Source: Terriglobales bacterium (GTDB lineage Bacteria > Acidobacteriota > Terriglobia > Terriglobales > Acidobacteriaceae). From it: a stretch of 64,000 nucleotides of DNA. The stretch's first letter is position 1. Each line of letters starts with the position of its first letter. Positions 1 to 8,573 of the stretch are shown piece by piece. The notes under the pieces are model-generated. The model saw only the letters and a program-made list of their open reading frames with translations, did not search any database and was not told where the DNA came from. A program made the translations under genes and the position numbers. Location of the stretch: the NCBI GenBank assembly GCA_037442635.1, contig JBBIPV010000011.1:11636-75635 (forward strand), given 5' to 3'.

Positions 1-27
1 TCGTGGCGCGAATGGCGCTTTGGTCCG

Positions 28-840
28 GTGCGGATCATCAGCCATGGCGCTTACGCGGGGGTCGGGATTTTTGTGGGATTCGTCATTCTCGGCACGCTGC
101 TCGGACCGGGGAAGAGCGCGATTCCATTCGCCATGTTTGCCGGTGGAACGATTGGCGCCGCACTCTGGGCGCAGTGGATCGAAGGCTCCCCGGCGCTCTT
201 GCGACCCCTGGGTTTTTACGGGGGAATGATCGGCGCAGCGCTGGGCGGAATCGTTTCGGCGCGTATGACCAATACCAATATTTGGGTTGTCCTGAGCGCG
301 CTTGTGGTGGCGGCCCCGTGGATTCAGGGCATGGGGCGGCTGCGGTGTCTGGTGCAGGGATGCTGTCATGGACGTCCCACGGACGAGCGAGTGGGGATTC
401 GTTATGAGCGTCCTCAGTCGCGAGTCTGCCGGATCGCCGCGCTCCGGGGCGTTTCGATTCATCCCACACCTCTCTACTCGCTGCTGTGGAATGTGGTGGT
501 CGCGGTGGTGGTCACGCGACTCTACCTGCTCCATACGACCGCCGCGCTGGTCGGCGGGGTGTACCTCATCCTCTCCGGGTTGGGGAGATTCGTGGAAGAA
601 GCGTACCGGGGCGAGCCGCAAACCCCGGTTTTTTGGGGCCTCAGACTGTATCAGTGGATCGCAATCATCAGCGTGATCGTCGGCGCGAGCATCACGACCG
701 TCACGAACACTCCCCGGACACCGCCGCCGGTGCCGCATGCATCGGCCATGGTGGTCGCCTTGGTGTGCGGAGTGCTCGCGTGGCTGGTGACGGGCGTGGA
801 TTTCCCCGAGTCGAATCGGCGATTCGCGCGCTTATCCTGA
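28..840 (+). CDS. lgt: prolipoprotein diacylglyceryl transferase (Lgt) family membrane protein; 5' end uncertain because the frame is open to the window edge
   Basis: 270-aa multi-TM ORF with a GTG start at 28 and no stop between nt 1 and 27. The motifs GRLRCLVQGCCHGRPT and HPTPLYS resemble Lgt signature regions. Confidence 0.6.
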   Translation: MRIISHGAYAGVGIFVGFVILGTLLGPGKSAIPFAMFAGGTIGAALWAQWIEGSPALLRPLGFYGGMIGAALGGIVSARMTNTNIWVVLSALVVAAPWIQGMGRLRCLVQGCCHGRPTDERVGIRYERPQSRVCRIAALRGVSIHPTPLYSLLWNVVVAVVVTRLYLLHTTAALVGGVYLILSGLGRFVEEAYRGEPQTPVFWGLRLYQWIAIISVIVGASITTVTNTPRTPPPVPHASAMVVALVCGVLAWLVTGVDFPESNRRFARLS

Positions 841-1350
841 TATGAACGCGAGCGGCGAACCGTCGCCCTCTCGCCTCATCAGGACGCCCAACTCGCGGGC
901 CAGAGCGCCGATGGCGCGAATCTTGTCCGCCGCTGGAATGGGAACATCCGGCACAGCCATGGCCAGTTCGCAGGAAAGTAGCATGGCGGTCAGAGTTTCC
1001 GAGACCTGGCAGTGCATCTGTTCGGCGACGGCGCGGCGACTAATCAATTCTTCCCGTTTGCGGCGGTGCAATGCGGCCCGCACTTCGCGGACCAGGCGCT
1101 CCATGCCGGTCACGCCGAAGTTGATGTAGACGGGGAAGGCCGTGTCCAGATGCTCCATAATCTGTTCGCCGAACTCGGGTTCGGCTTCGAGAAGAAACTG
1201 ATCAATGACCGCGGCCGAATAAATTTCCTCGCGCAAGCGCGTGGCGGCAGTCTGGAGGTCTTGCGCCCAATCGGTTTCTTCGCCGGTATCGGCGCGCAGG
1301 CGGTCGGCGCACTCCCGGCCGCGTGCCGAAGGTGTAAGAAGTAGAATCAT
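832..1350 (-). CDS. hypothetical protein with a receiver-like N-terminus (degenerate acidic pocket)
   Basis: 172-aa ORF downstream of, and co-directional with, the HK/NtrC pair. The N-terminus (MILLLTPS ... AAVIDQFLL) looks like REC strands beta1 and beta3 but lacks the DD pair. Confidence 0.45.
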   Translation of the reverse strand: MILLLTPSARGRECADRLRADTGEETDWAQDLQTAATRLREEIYSAAVIDQFLLEAEPEFGEQIMEHLDTAFPVYINFGVTGMERLVREVRAALHRRKREELISRRAVAEQMHCQVSETLTAMLLSCELAMAVPDVPIPAADKIRAIGALARELGVLMRREGDGSPLAFISG

Positions 1351-1477
1351 GCCTGGTCAAATAGCACGCCCCGCGCCATCATCGCTGCGTTGAAAGTACG
1401 ACACTTATCAGGGACCGAAGGACGGCTCTTTCCCCTTGCGGAACCAATGCCGCCGCCCGCAGTCCAGAATCGGACGC

Positions 1478-2905
1478 TCATACCTGGCAGCCCTCCGCGG
1501 CGTAATCCTTCAATTTGCGGTACAGCGTGGTCTTGCCGATGCCGAGCAGCCGCGCGGCCTGCAGTTTGTCGCCGTTGAGTTCTGCGATGGCGTTCAGGAT
1601 GGTCTGCTTTTCCAGTTCGGCGATGGGAACGATCCTCCCGCGTCCGCCGGCCAATGTGTCGGAAAGCTGCGGAGCCGGCAGGTTGGCGATCTCGCGGGGC
1701 AGATCGGTCGTGTGAATCAGCGGTCCGCTGGTAAAGGCGTAGGTGCGTTCCAGGCAATTCTCCAGCTCGCGCACGTTGCCCGGCCAATCGTAGGCCAGCA
1801 GGGCTTTGAGGGCCTCATCGGTCAGCAACTTTTCCTGCGCGGACGCCCGCGCCATGCGCTCGAGGAAGTGGGCGATCAGCAGCGGGATGTCCTGCCGCCG
1901 CTCCCGCAGTGAAGGAATGCGCAGGCTCAGCACGTTCAGCCGGAAATAGAGGTCGCGCCGGAAATTGCCCTGCATGACCGCCTGTTCGAGATCGCGGTTG
2001 GTGGCGGCCAGGATACGGACGTTGATGGGTATGCGGCGCGTGCCGCCGACCGGGCGAATTTCCTTTTCCTGGATCGCGCGCAGCATCTTGGCCTGCAGAT
2101 CCACGGGGAGCTCGCCAACCTCATCGAGAAAGATCGTTCCTCCCTCCGCCATCGCCATCAAGCCGTCTTTGGCCTGGTTGGCGCCGGTAAACGCGCCCTT
2201 GACGTGCCCGAAGAGTTCGCTCTCGATGAGCGTCGGCACCAGCGATCCGCAATCCACCGGAATGAACGGCTTGTCGCGAAACGGTCCGGAGTAATGGATG
2301 GACCGGGCCACCATTTCCTTGCCAGTGCCGCTTTCGCCCAGGATCAGCACCGGGTGGATGCTGGAGGCGGCCTTGGCGATGATGCGGTAGAGCTTCTCCA
2401 TCTCCGGAGCGCGACCCACAATGCCGCCGAATCCCTGCTTGGATTTCACTTTCTCGCGCAGCAGGCGGTTCTCCGATTTCAGTTTCAGGTGGCTGGCCAC
2501 ACGGTCGAGCAGCAGCTTGAGTTCGTCCACGCTGAAGGGCTTAGTCACGTAGTCGTAGGCGCCATGCTTCATGGCTTGCACCGCCGACTGAACGGTGCCG
2601 TAGCCGGTTACGACAATGACGACCGATTCCGGACGCCGCTCTTTGATGCGGCGCAGCGCCTCCAGACCGCCGGCGCCGGGCAGGCGCAGATCCAGCAGAA
2701 CTGTGTCGAAGTTCTGCACATCGAGCAGGCGGTAGGCATGTTCGGCGGAATCGGCCACCGAGACGTTGTAGCCGAGCGACTGCGCGACCTCGCGGCAGGC
2801 CTCGCGGATGGAGCGCTCATCGTCCACGATGAGCAGGTTAAGAAAATTGGCTGGTTCCATTTGGGGCATGGTAACGATCGGGCTTAGGGCTGCGGCTGAC
2901 GTCAT
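1478..2905 (-). CDS. sigma-54-dependent response regulator (NtrC family: REC + AAA+ + Fis-type HTH)
   Basis: Receiver motifs LLIVDDE and LLDLRLPG, Walker A GESGTGKE, sigma-54 contact motif GAFTGA, and a C-terminal HTH (AARLLGIGKTTLYRKL). Confidence 0.9.
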   Translation of the reverse strand: MTSAAALSPIVTMPQMEPANFLNLLIVDDERSIREACREVAQSLGYNVSVADSAEHAYRLLDVQNFDTVLLDLRLPGAGGLEALRRIKERRPESVVIVVTGYGTVQSAVQAMKHGAYDYVTKPFSVDELKLLLDRVASHLKLKSENRLLREKVKSKQGFGGIVGRAPEMEKLYRIIAKAASSIHPVLILGESGTGKEMVARSIHYSGPFRDKPFIPVDCGSLVPTLIESELFGHVKGAFTGANQAKDGLMAMAEGGTIFLDEVGELPVDLQAKMLRAIQEKEIRPVGGTRRIPINVRILAATNRDLEQAVMQGNFRRDLYFRLNVLSLRIPSLRERRQDIPLLIAHFLERMARASAQEKLLTDEALKALLAYDWPGNVRELENCLERTYAFTSGPLIHTTDLPREIANLPAPQLSDTLAGGRGRIVPIAELEKQTILNAIAELNGDKLQAARLLGIGKTTLYRKLKDYAAEGCQV

Positions 2906-2910
2906 GGCGT

Positions 2911-3768
2911 TTATTCCTCTTTTTCTTTTTCCTTTCGAAATTCCTCGATCTTGGCGGGCTGGGCGAGGTTCGCACCGAAATCCTGAGCGTCCAGAGAAAC
3001 CGACGGCAAAACGATGGTGACTCGCGTGCCGCGGTCGGGTTGACTCTCGATGTGGACCAATCCGCCGATGCGGGCGACAATGTCGTGGACGGTGGCCAGG
3101 CCCAGGCCCGTGCCCTTTCCGGCTTCTTTGGTGGTGAACAGAGCCTCAAACAAGTGGGCGCGGGTTACGGCGTCCATGCCGCAGCCGTCATCCCCGACAG
3201 CAAAAAGCACGCAGGGAAACGAGGCGGCCGGGCTGGTTCGATCGCGCGGATCGGTGAGCACCTGCAAGCGGCAATTCCTGGTTTCGACACTGATCCGGCC
3301 GCTGCCGGGCAGGGCATCGCGGGCGTTGAGCATGAGATTGAGCAGGATCTGCTGCGCCTGGGCAGGAATCATCTCGACCAAACCCAGGTCCGGATCGAGT
3401 TGAAATCTGAGCTCGATGTTTTCCCCAATCAGACAGCGGAGCAGGTTTTGCATGCCTTCGATAATCGCGTTGAGACAGAGTGGAACGGCTTCACCCTGGG
3501 CAGGGCGGGCGACCGCCAACAACTGGCGAACCAGGGCTGCGCCCTGCAGGCCGGCGCTGCGAATCTCCTCGGCATACTTGCGGGCGCGGTGAGCCGGTTC
3601 CAGATTGGCCAGCAGCAGGTCGCAGTAGAGCAGAATTCCGGTGAGGAGATTGTTGAAGTCATGAGCGACACCCCCGGCCAGACGGCCCACCGACTCCAGG
3701 TTCTCGGCGCGGCGCAGGCGTTGCTCTTCGTCCGGCAAGGCAAACGGAAACTTCGCGGCGGCACTCAT
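2911..3768 (-). CDS. histidine kinase core (HisKA + HATPase_c) without a recognisable sensor or TM region
   Basis: H-box GGVAHDFNNLLTGI, N-box LLNLMLNARDA and G-boxes DDGCGM / GKGTGLGL. The longest ORF reaches 3921, but the ATG at 3768 (MSAAAKF) lies just before the H-box. The stop is 5 nt upstream of the regulator start. Confidence 0.8.
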   Translation of the reverse strand: MSAAAKFPFALPDEEQRLRRAENLESVGRLAGGVAHDFNNLLTGILLYCDLLLANLEPAHRARKYAEEIRSAGLQGAALVRQLLAVARPAQGEAVPLCLNAIIEGMQNLLRCLIGENIELRFQLDPDLGLVEMIPAQAQQILLNLMLNARDALPGSGRISVETRNCRLQVLTDPRDRTSPAASFPCVLFAVGDDGCGMDAVTRAHLFEALFTTKEAGKGTGLGLATVHDIVARIGGLVHIESQPDRGTRVTIVLPSVSLDAQDFGANLAQPAKIEEFRKEKEKEE

Positions 3769-3977
3769 GCCAATACTCTGAACGGGATAGTTCCTGAATG
3801 GAACCCGCGGAACGATCACCCGTGACCTTAGTTTTCCCGAACTGGGAGATGCTTTGCCCAAGCCGGGGAAATCACGTCCGCTTGCAATATAGGGAAACAC
3901 CCCTGTGACTGCTAAGGGCACTCGTCACCAAAACAGGACATCCTCCTGTGGAAAACTCGGAAAAGAGTGGCGGGGGG

Positions 3978-4616
3978 TTAACGGCTGGGAAGTGGGGGCT
4001 GGGAGGCGAGGGCGACCGACTCGGTCAGACGGAAGGTGAGGCGGCGGCCTCCCTCCAGCCGGACGACCTGCAGCTGGGTGGGGCGGCCTGCGGACTGGGA
4101 GGTTTCGTCCTTGCTGCGAACGAAAAGACTGGCCGTTTGAATCGGGAACTGCCGACCGGCAAGATCAATGGAATCAAGGGTTAATCGTACATAGCCGCGG
4201 TCGCGTTTCAGCTCTGAGGTCGAGGCGGATTCCACCCGGCCCTCGACTTCGGCACCGCGGGAAAGCATCGTGCTGCCCTCGACGAGAACCGGTTCGTCAA
4301 CAACTGCAGCGAAAGACTCGCTGGTTCCGGCATTATCGGCCGATACGGGTTTCTTCAGCCGCACCGTGAGCAAGGTGCCGGCCGGCAGATTCTGAGTGTC
4401 GCGAAAAGGAAGACCGGCCTCGGCCAGTGCGGTTTCGTTTCGGGCAGCTGGTTGCGCATCGGCACGTGCGTTGTCTACGGCACTCTCGTTCTCTTGGAAT
4501 GGGACCTGATGCCGATCGGGCTGATTGGCTTTGGTTCGCAATTCGGGACGGGAACATGCCATGGCCAGCAGCACCGGCCACACTGCGTGGCCCAAACGCC
4601 TGGGGAACCGCCTCAT
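3978..4616 (-). CDS. putative lipoprotein, function unknown
   Basis: 212-aa ORF. The N-terminus MRRFPRRLGHAVWPVLLAMAC has a signal peptide plus a lipobox-like LAMAC. Confidence 0.55.
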   Translation of the reverse strand: MRRFPRRLGHAVWPVLLAMACSRPELRTKANQPDRHQVPFQENESAVDNARADAQPAARNETALAEAGLPFRDTQNLPAGTLLTVRLKKPVSADNAGTSESFAAVVDEPVLVEGSTMLSRGAEVEGRVESASTSELKRDRGYVRLTLDSIDLAGRQFPIQTASLFVRSKDETSQSAGRPTQLQVVRLEGGRRLTFRLTESVALASQPPLPSR

Positions 4617-4816
4617 TCAAATATCCTCGCCCACCGTGATTCGGACTCGGAAGTGGCAAGCTGGATACCAGACACCATCGCATCGAATCAACCACTTGGC
4701 GATGGCACTTTCGGGGAGTTCGGGTAGATTTTTCCACTGCTGGGGAGTTAAGTGCGGGGGTGGCGGGGCGGGCTGGCCCAACTTTGCTTTGTCGTTTGCG
4801 CGTTACTACTACTATG

Positions 4817-4857
4817 GGCTGCCCCACGCTTCGCGATGTTCGAAGCGTGGGGCAGCC
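4817..4857. other. 17-bp perfect hairpin (loop CGATGTT) in the ompA-like 3' region
   Basis: ggctgccccacgcttcg (4817-4833) pairs with cgaagcgtggggcagcc (4841-4857). Confidence 0.5.
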
Positions 4858-4908
4858 GGTTTCGCGATAGTACATGCCGGAGCAAACCTGGGCTTGCCCC
4901 CAAAGAAG

Positions 4909-4939
4909 ACTCGCGGAGGGCGATGTGCCTTCCGCGAGT
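4909..4939 (-). terminator. candidate intrinsic terminator of the ompA-family gene
   Basis: 12-bp stem actcgcggaggg / ccttccgcgagt with loop CGATGTG, about 50 nt after the stop at 4991. On the minus strand it is followed by cttcttt. Confidence 0.45.
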
Positions 4940-4990
4940 TGATTCATTCTAAGTTAACTTCCTCTGACTCTGCCTACTAACTTCAGCCGG

Positions 4991-6763
4991 TTACTTCTTC
5001 TTCGGCGCCGCTTTCTTCGCCGGAGCTGCGCTCTTGACCGGCGTTCTGCCGCCGATCAGGGTCAGCGCGTCTTCGGCGTTGAATGGGAATTGGCGAACTG
5101 ACGATTCGCCCGTTGTGCTCAGGGTGACGTCCACCCGGCGATTGCTTGCCATCCTGATCACCGTGATGTTCTTCAGTACCCTCTGCTGCTCTTCCCGGCT
5201 GAGCTGGGGGTTGCTCTGGACCGCATCCTTCACCTCGGCATCGGTCAGGTTGTGCTCTTTGCCAAACGCCTTGACTTCGATGCTGCTCTCCGGAACACCC
5301 TGTTCCACCAGGAAGCTCTTGGTGCGGTTGACCCGACGCTCAGAGAGCGCCTGATTGTATTCCACGGAACCACGATGATCCGCGTGGCCTCCGAGAATCA
5401 AGTGCGCATCCGGCTTGGCTTCACGATACTTCTTGAAATCAGCAGCCAGCGCGATCAATGTCCTCTGTTGACTGGCCAGCAGACCGCCTTTCGGATCGTT
5501 CGGCCTGGGCTGGTCTACCACAAAGTAGATGCTATGCAGGGCGAGACGTGCTTCCAGCGCCTTGTCCACCGGCGGAGGCGGCGGGTTTTCGACCATCACC
5601 TGCGTTGTCGCTTGTGAGCTCAGTCCGCGAGAGTCGGTGCAGGTCGCCGTTACGGAGACAGAGCCAGCCGGAACTCCGGCCGTGTTCAGAGTAGCTGAGC
5701 TACCACTGCCGGAAACCGTGCCGGCGGTCGAGGTCCAGTTCGAAACCGATACCGGAACACCGTCGGGGCTGGTACAGGATGCGGAGATGTTCGAGGTCCC
5801 ACCGGTGACCAGGTCTGCCGGACTGGCCGACAGCGAAACCGTCGGCGGATTCTTCGGCGGCAACGGCTTCACCGTATAGCTGGCCGAGCAGCTTGCCTCG
5901 TTATTCTTCTTGCTCTTGGGGTCGGTGACGTGCGCCGTGACCGTGTAGGTGCCCGGAGCTGCGTTGGTGGTATCAATGCTGGCCGTGGTTTCTTTGCCAG
6001 TGACTGTGCCGCCGGTGCCGGCCCAACTGTAAGTGACGGTGTGCTTTGGATTGAAATTGCTGGCCGCAACGGTGGCCGTGAGCGGTTCGCCGACCATGAC
6101 TTCGGTGGGCTGCACGGAGCAGGAGGCTGCCGGGGCCAGGGGTTCCTCGCCGCCCCAGCTCAAGACGATACCGGTGCGGAGCCTTGCGCCGTCCAGGGTG
6201 TGATGGCTGAGGTTGGGAAAATTGGCGGACACCAGGTCGGAATAATTGTGCCGGGCCCAGACATAGTCCGCTTGAAAAACCCGCCAGGCAATGGACTTGG
6301 TGAGGGGCAGGTCCATGCCGCCGCCGAGAATCGCGCCAATGCCGTTGGTGCCACCGTTCAAACCGCTTACCGAGAGAAAGTTGCCGCCGACCAGGCCATG
6401 CAGGAAGTAATGTCCAGCGTCAGTCCGCCACATAAAGCGGGGACCGACCGAAGCCGTCGTTTCGGAATTGCCTTTTCCCGAGCTGTAGCCAAAGTCAGTC
6501 TCCAATCCCCAGTACCGGTTAAGGTTGTAAGTCAAGGCTGTGCCGATGCCCTTGGACATGTCGTCAACCTTGTATGCGATGGGATTGTTGGGGTCACCCA
6601 GCGGAACGGTAGCCCCTGGATGTTGCCATTGATAACCGGCAAACAGGTCCCATTTCGGGTACGAATCGCTCTGCGCCAGGGCAAGAGCGGGCATCAACAT
6701 TACCGTCAGAGCCACAAACAGCCATACCGGGAGATTTGTGCGTGCGCTATGACCAATTGACAT
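4991..6763 (-). CDS. OmpA-family outer membrane protein (N-terminal beta-barrel, two Ig/PKD-like repeats, C-terminal OmpA peptidoglycan-binding domain)
   Basis: Signal peptide ending ALALAQS and an aromatic-rich barrel segment. The C-terminus GGHADHRGSVEYNQALSERRVNRTKSFLVEQGV matches the OmpA_C signature. Confidence 0.85.
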   Translation of the reverse strand: MSIGHSARTNLPVWLFVALTVMLMPALALAQSDSYPKWDLFAGYQWQHPGATVPLGDPNNPIAYKVDDMSKGIGTALTYNLNRYWGLETDFGYSSGKGNSETTASVGPRFMWRTDAGHYFLHGLVGGNFLSVSGLNGGTNGIGAILGGGMDLPLTKSIAWRVFQADYVWARHNYSDLVSANFPNLSHHTLDGARLRTGIVLSWGGEEPLAPAASCSVQPTEVMVGEPLTATVAASNFNPKHTVTYSWAGTGGTVTGKETTASIDTTNAAPGTYTVTAHVTDPKSKKNNEASCSASYTVKPLPPKNPPTVSLSASPADLVTGGTSNISASCTSPDGVPVSVSNWTSTAGTVSGSGSSATLNTAGVPAGSVSVTATCTDSRGLSSQATTQVMVENPPPPPVDKALEARLALHSIYFVVDQPRPNDPKGGLLASQQRTLIALAADFKKYREAKPDAHLILGGHADHRGSVEYNQALSERRVNRTKSFLVEQGVPESSIEVKAFGKEHNLTDAEVKDAVQSNPQLSREEQQRVLKNITVIRMASNRRVDVTLSTTGESSVRQFPFNAEDALTLIGGRTPVKSAAPAKKAAPKKK

Positions 6764-7109
6764 GGAATCCTCCAGAATTATGCGTGTTCGCCTTGTGCCA
6801 GATCCGACTGGGTTGCCCTCGGTTTCCGCACCGGCGAGAAAAGAGACTTATTTCCAGGAACGAAAAATTCTATCGCACCGACGCTTAAAGCGAAAGGACG
6901 GGCGGACGACATTACCCGGGTTGACAACGGAGCCTGTCTCAACTTGAAAATTCGCCCGGCCTCGCCTTCCGCCAACCCGCACGGCCTGCCGGACCTTGCC
7001 GTATGGCGAGTCGTCCGCGTATCGTTGGAACACCGAGGGAGCTAGACCCGGGCCGGGCCAGCGGTTTCAAGGCTTTAGCCGGGACAGACAGCGAGCCAAG
7101 TAAAATCGA

Positions 7110-8519
7110 ATGAACCACGAAAGAGTACTGATCGTTGAAGATGAAGAGAATGAACGCTCAGGTCTGGCTGAGCTGGTCTCTTCCTGGGGATATCGTGCTG
7201 AGACCGCGCGGGATGGAGCGGAGGGGCTGGAGAAGGCGAAAGACTGGTCTCCGTCGATCGTGATTACCGATCTCAAGATGCCCCGCATGGGGGGCATTGA
7301 ACTGCTTGGACATCTTGCCGAGCAGGCGCAGACCGTGGCCGTGATTCTGGTAACCGCGCAGGGCACGATCGAGAGCGCGGTGCAGGCCATGCGCATGGGC
7401 GCGTATGACTACATCACCAAACCGATAGACACGAACCGTTTGCGGACCATTCTGGGGAACGCATCGGCCCTGTTGGGCACCCGGGCCGAACTGGAGGCGA
7501 CCCGCCGCCGCCTGCGGGACACCGGTTCGCTGGGACGGCTCAGCGGCGCCTCGCGCAAAATGCAGGAAATCTTCCGGCTGATCGAAATGGTGGCGCCCAG
7601 CACCGCCTCGGTGCTGATCACCGGGGCCAGCGGCACCGGAAAAGAACTGGTGGCACGCACGATTCATGAATTGAGCCCGCGCAAGGACCGTACCTTTGTG
7701 GCTATCAACTGCGCCGCGATTCCCGAGACACTGATGGAGAGCGAAATCTTCGGCCACGAAAAAGGAGCGTTCACGGGCGCACTGGAACGGCGCACCGGCT
7801 GCTTCGAACTGGCCGAGGGCGGAACGCTGCTGCTCGACGAAATCGGCGAAATGCCGGTGGGCACGCAGGCGAAACTGCTGCGCGTGCTCGAAGACCGCAA
7901 GTTGCGGCGGCTGGGCAGCAAGGTGGAAACGCCGGTGGATGTGCGCGTCCTTGCGGCCACCAACAAGATTCCCGACGAAGCGGTGGCCCGCGGCGAGTTG
8001 CGCAGCGATCTGTACTACCGGCTCAACGTATTCAACATCCACATGCCTCCGCTGCGGGAGCACAAAGAAGATATCGGCGGGCTGGTGGAGTTACTGCTGG
8101 CGGAGATGAGCGCCAAACATTCCCGCAAGGTAAGCGCGGTCAGTGAAGCGGTGCTGAACGTGTTCAACAATTATTCCTGGCCGGGGAATGTGCGCGAATT
8201 GCGGAACACGGTCGAACGGGCGGTCATCGTCTGCGATGGCGGCGTGATCGAAACCAAACACCTGCCGCCGGGATTCGGGCAAGCTCCCTTGCGGACTGCG
8301 GCGAATGATCCCGACGCGGTGCGGCTGGGTGTGGGCACGACCGTGGAAGAGGCCGAGAAGCTGCTCATCCTCAAGACGCTGGAAGCCACCAGCAACAATA
8401 AGACGCGGGCAGCGGAAATTCTTGGCATCAGCCTGAAGACGCTCCACAACAAGCTGAAAGAGTACGGCAGCGCCGGCGCGGAAGCAGCCAGCGGGAAGGA
8501 GGAAGTTCCCGGTGGCTAG
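7110..8519 (+). CDS. sigma-54-dependent response regulator (NtrC/AtoC family)
   Basis: Receiver motifs VLIVEDEE and VITDLKMPRMGG, Walker A GASGTGKE, GAFTGA motif, and C-terminal HTH AAEILGISLKTLHNKLK. Confidence 0.9.
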   Translation: MNHERVLIVEDEENERSGLAELVSSWGYRAETARDGAEGLEKAKDWSPSIVITDLKMPRMGGIELLGHLAEQAQTVAVILVTAQGTIESAVQAMRMGAYDYITKPIDTNRLRTILGNASALLGTRAELEATRRRLRDTGSLGRLSGASRKMQEIFRLIEMVAPSTASVLITGASGTGKELVARTIHELSPRKDRTFVAINCAAIPETLMESEIFGHEKGAFTGALERRTGCFELAEGGTLLLDEIGEMPVGTQAKLLRVLEDRKLRRLGSKVETPVDVRVLAATNKIPDEAVARGELRSDLYYRLNVFNIHMPPLREHKEDIGGLVELLLAEMSAKHSRKVSAVSEAVLNVFNNYSWPGNVRELRNTVERAVIVCDGGVIETKHLPPGFGQAPLRTAANDPDAVRLGVGTTVEEAEKLLILKTLEATSNNKTRAAEILGISLKTLHNKLKEYGSAGAEAASGKEEVPGG

Positions 8520-8573
8520 GCCCCAGACCGGCTGAGCCGGCCGCGCCCTTCTCACATACTCCGGGCTCCCGTC

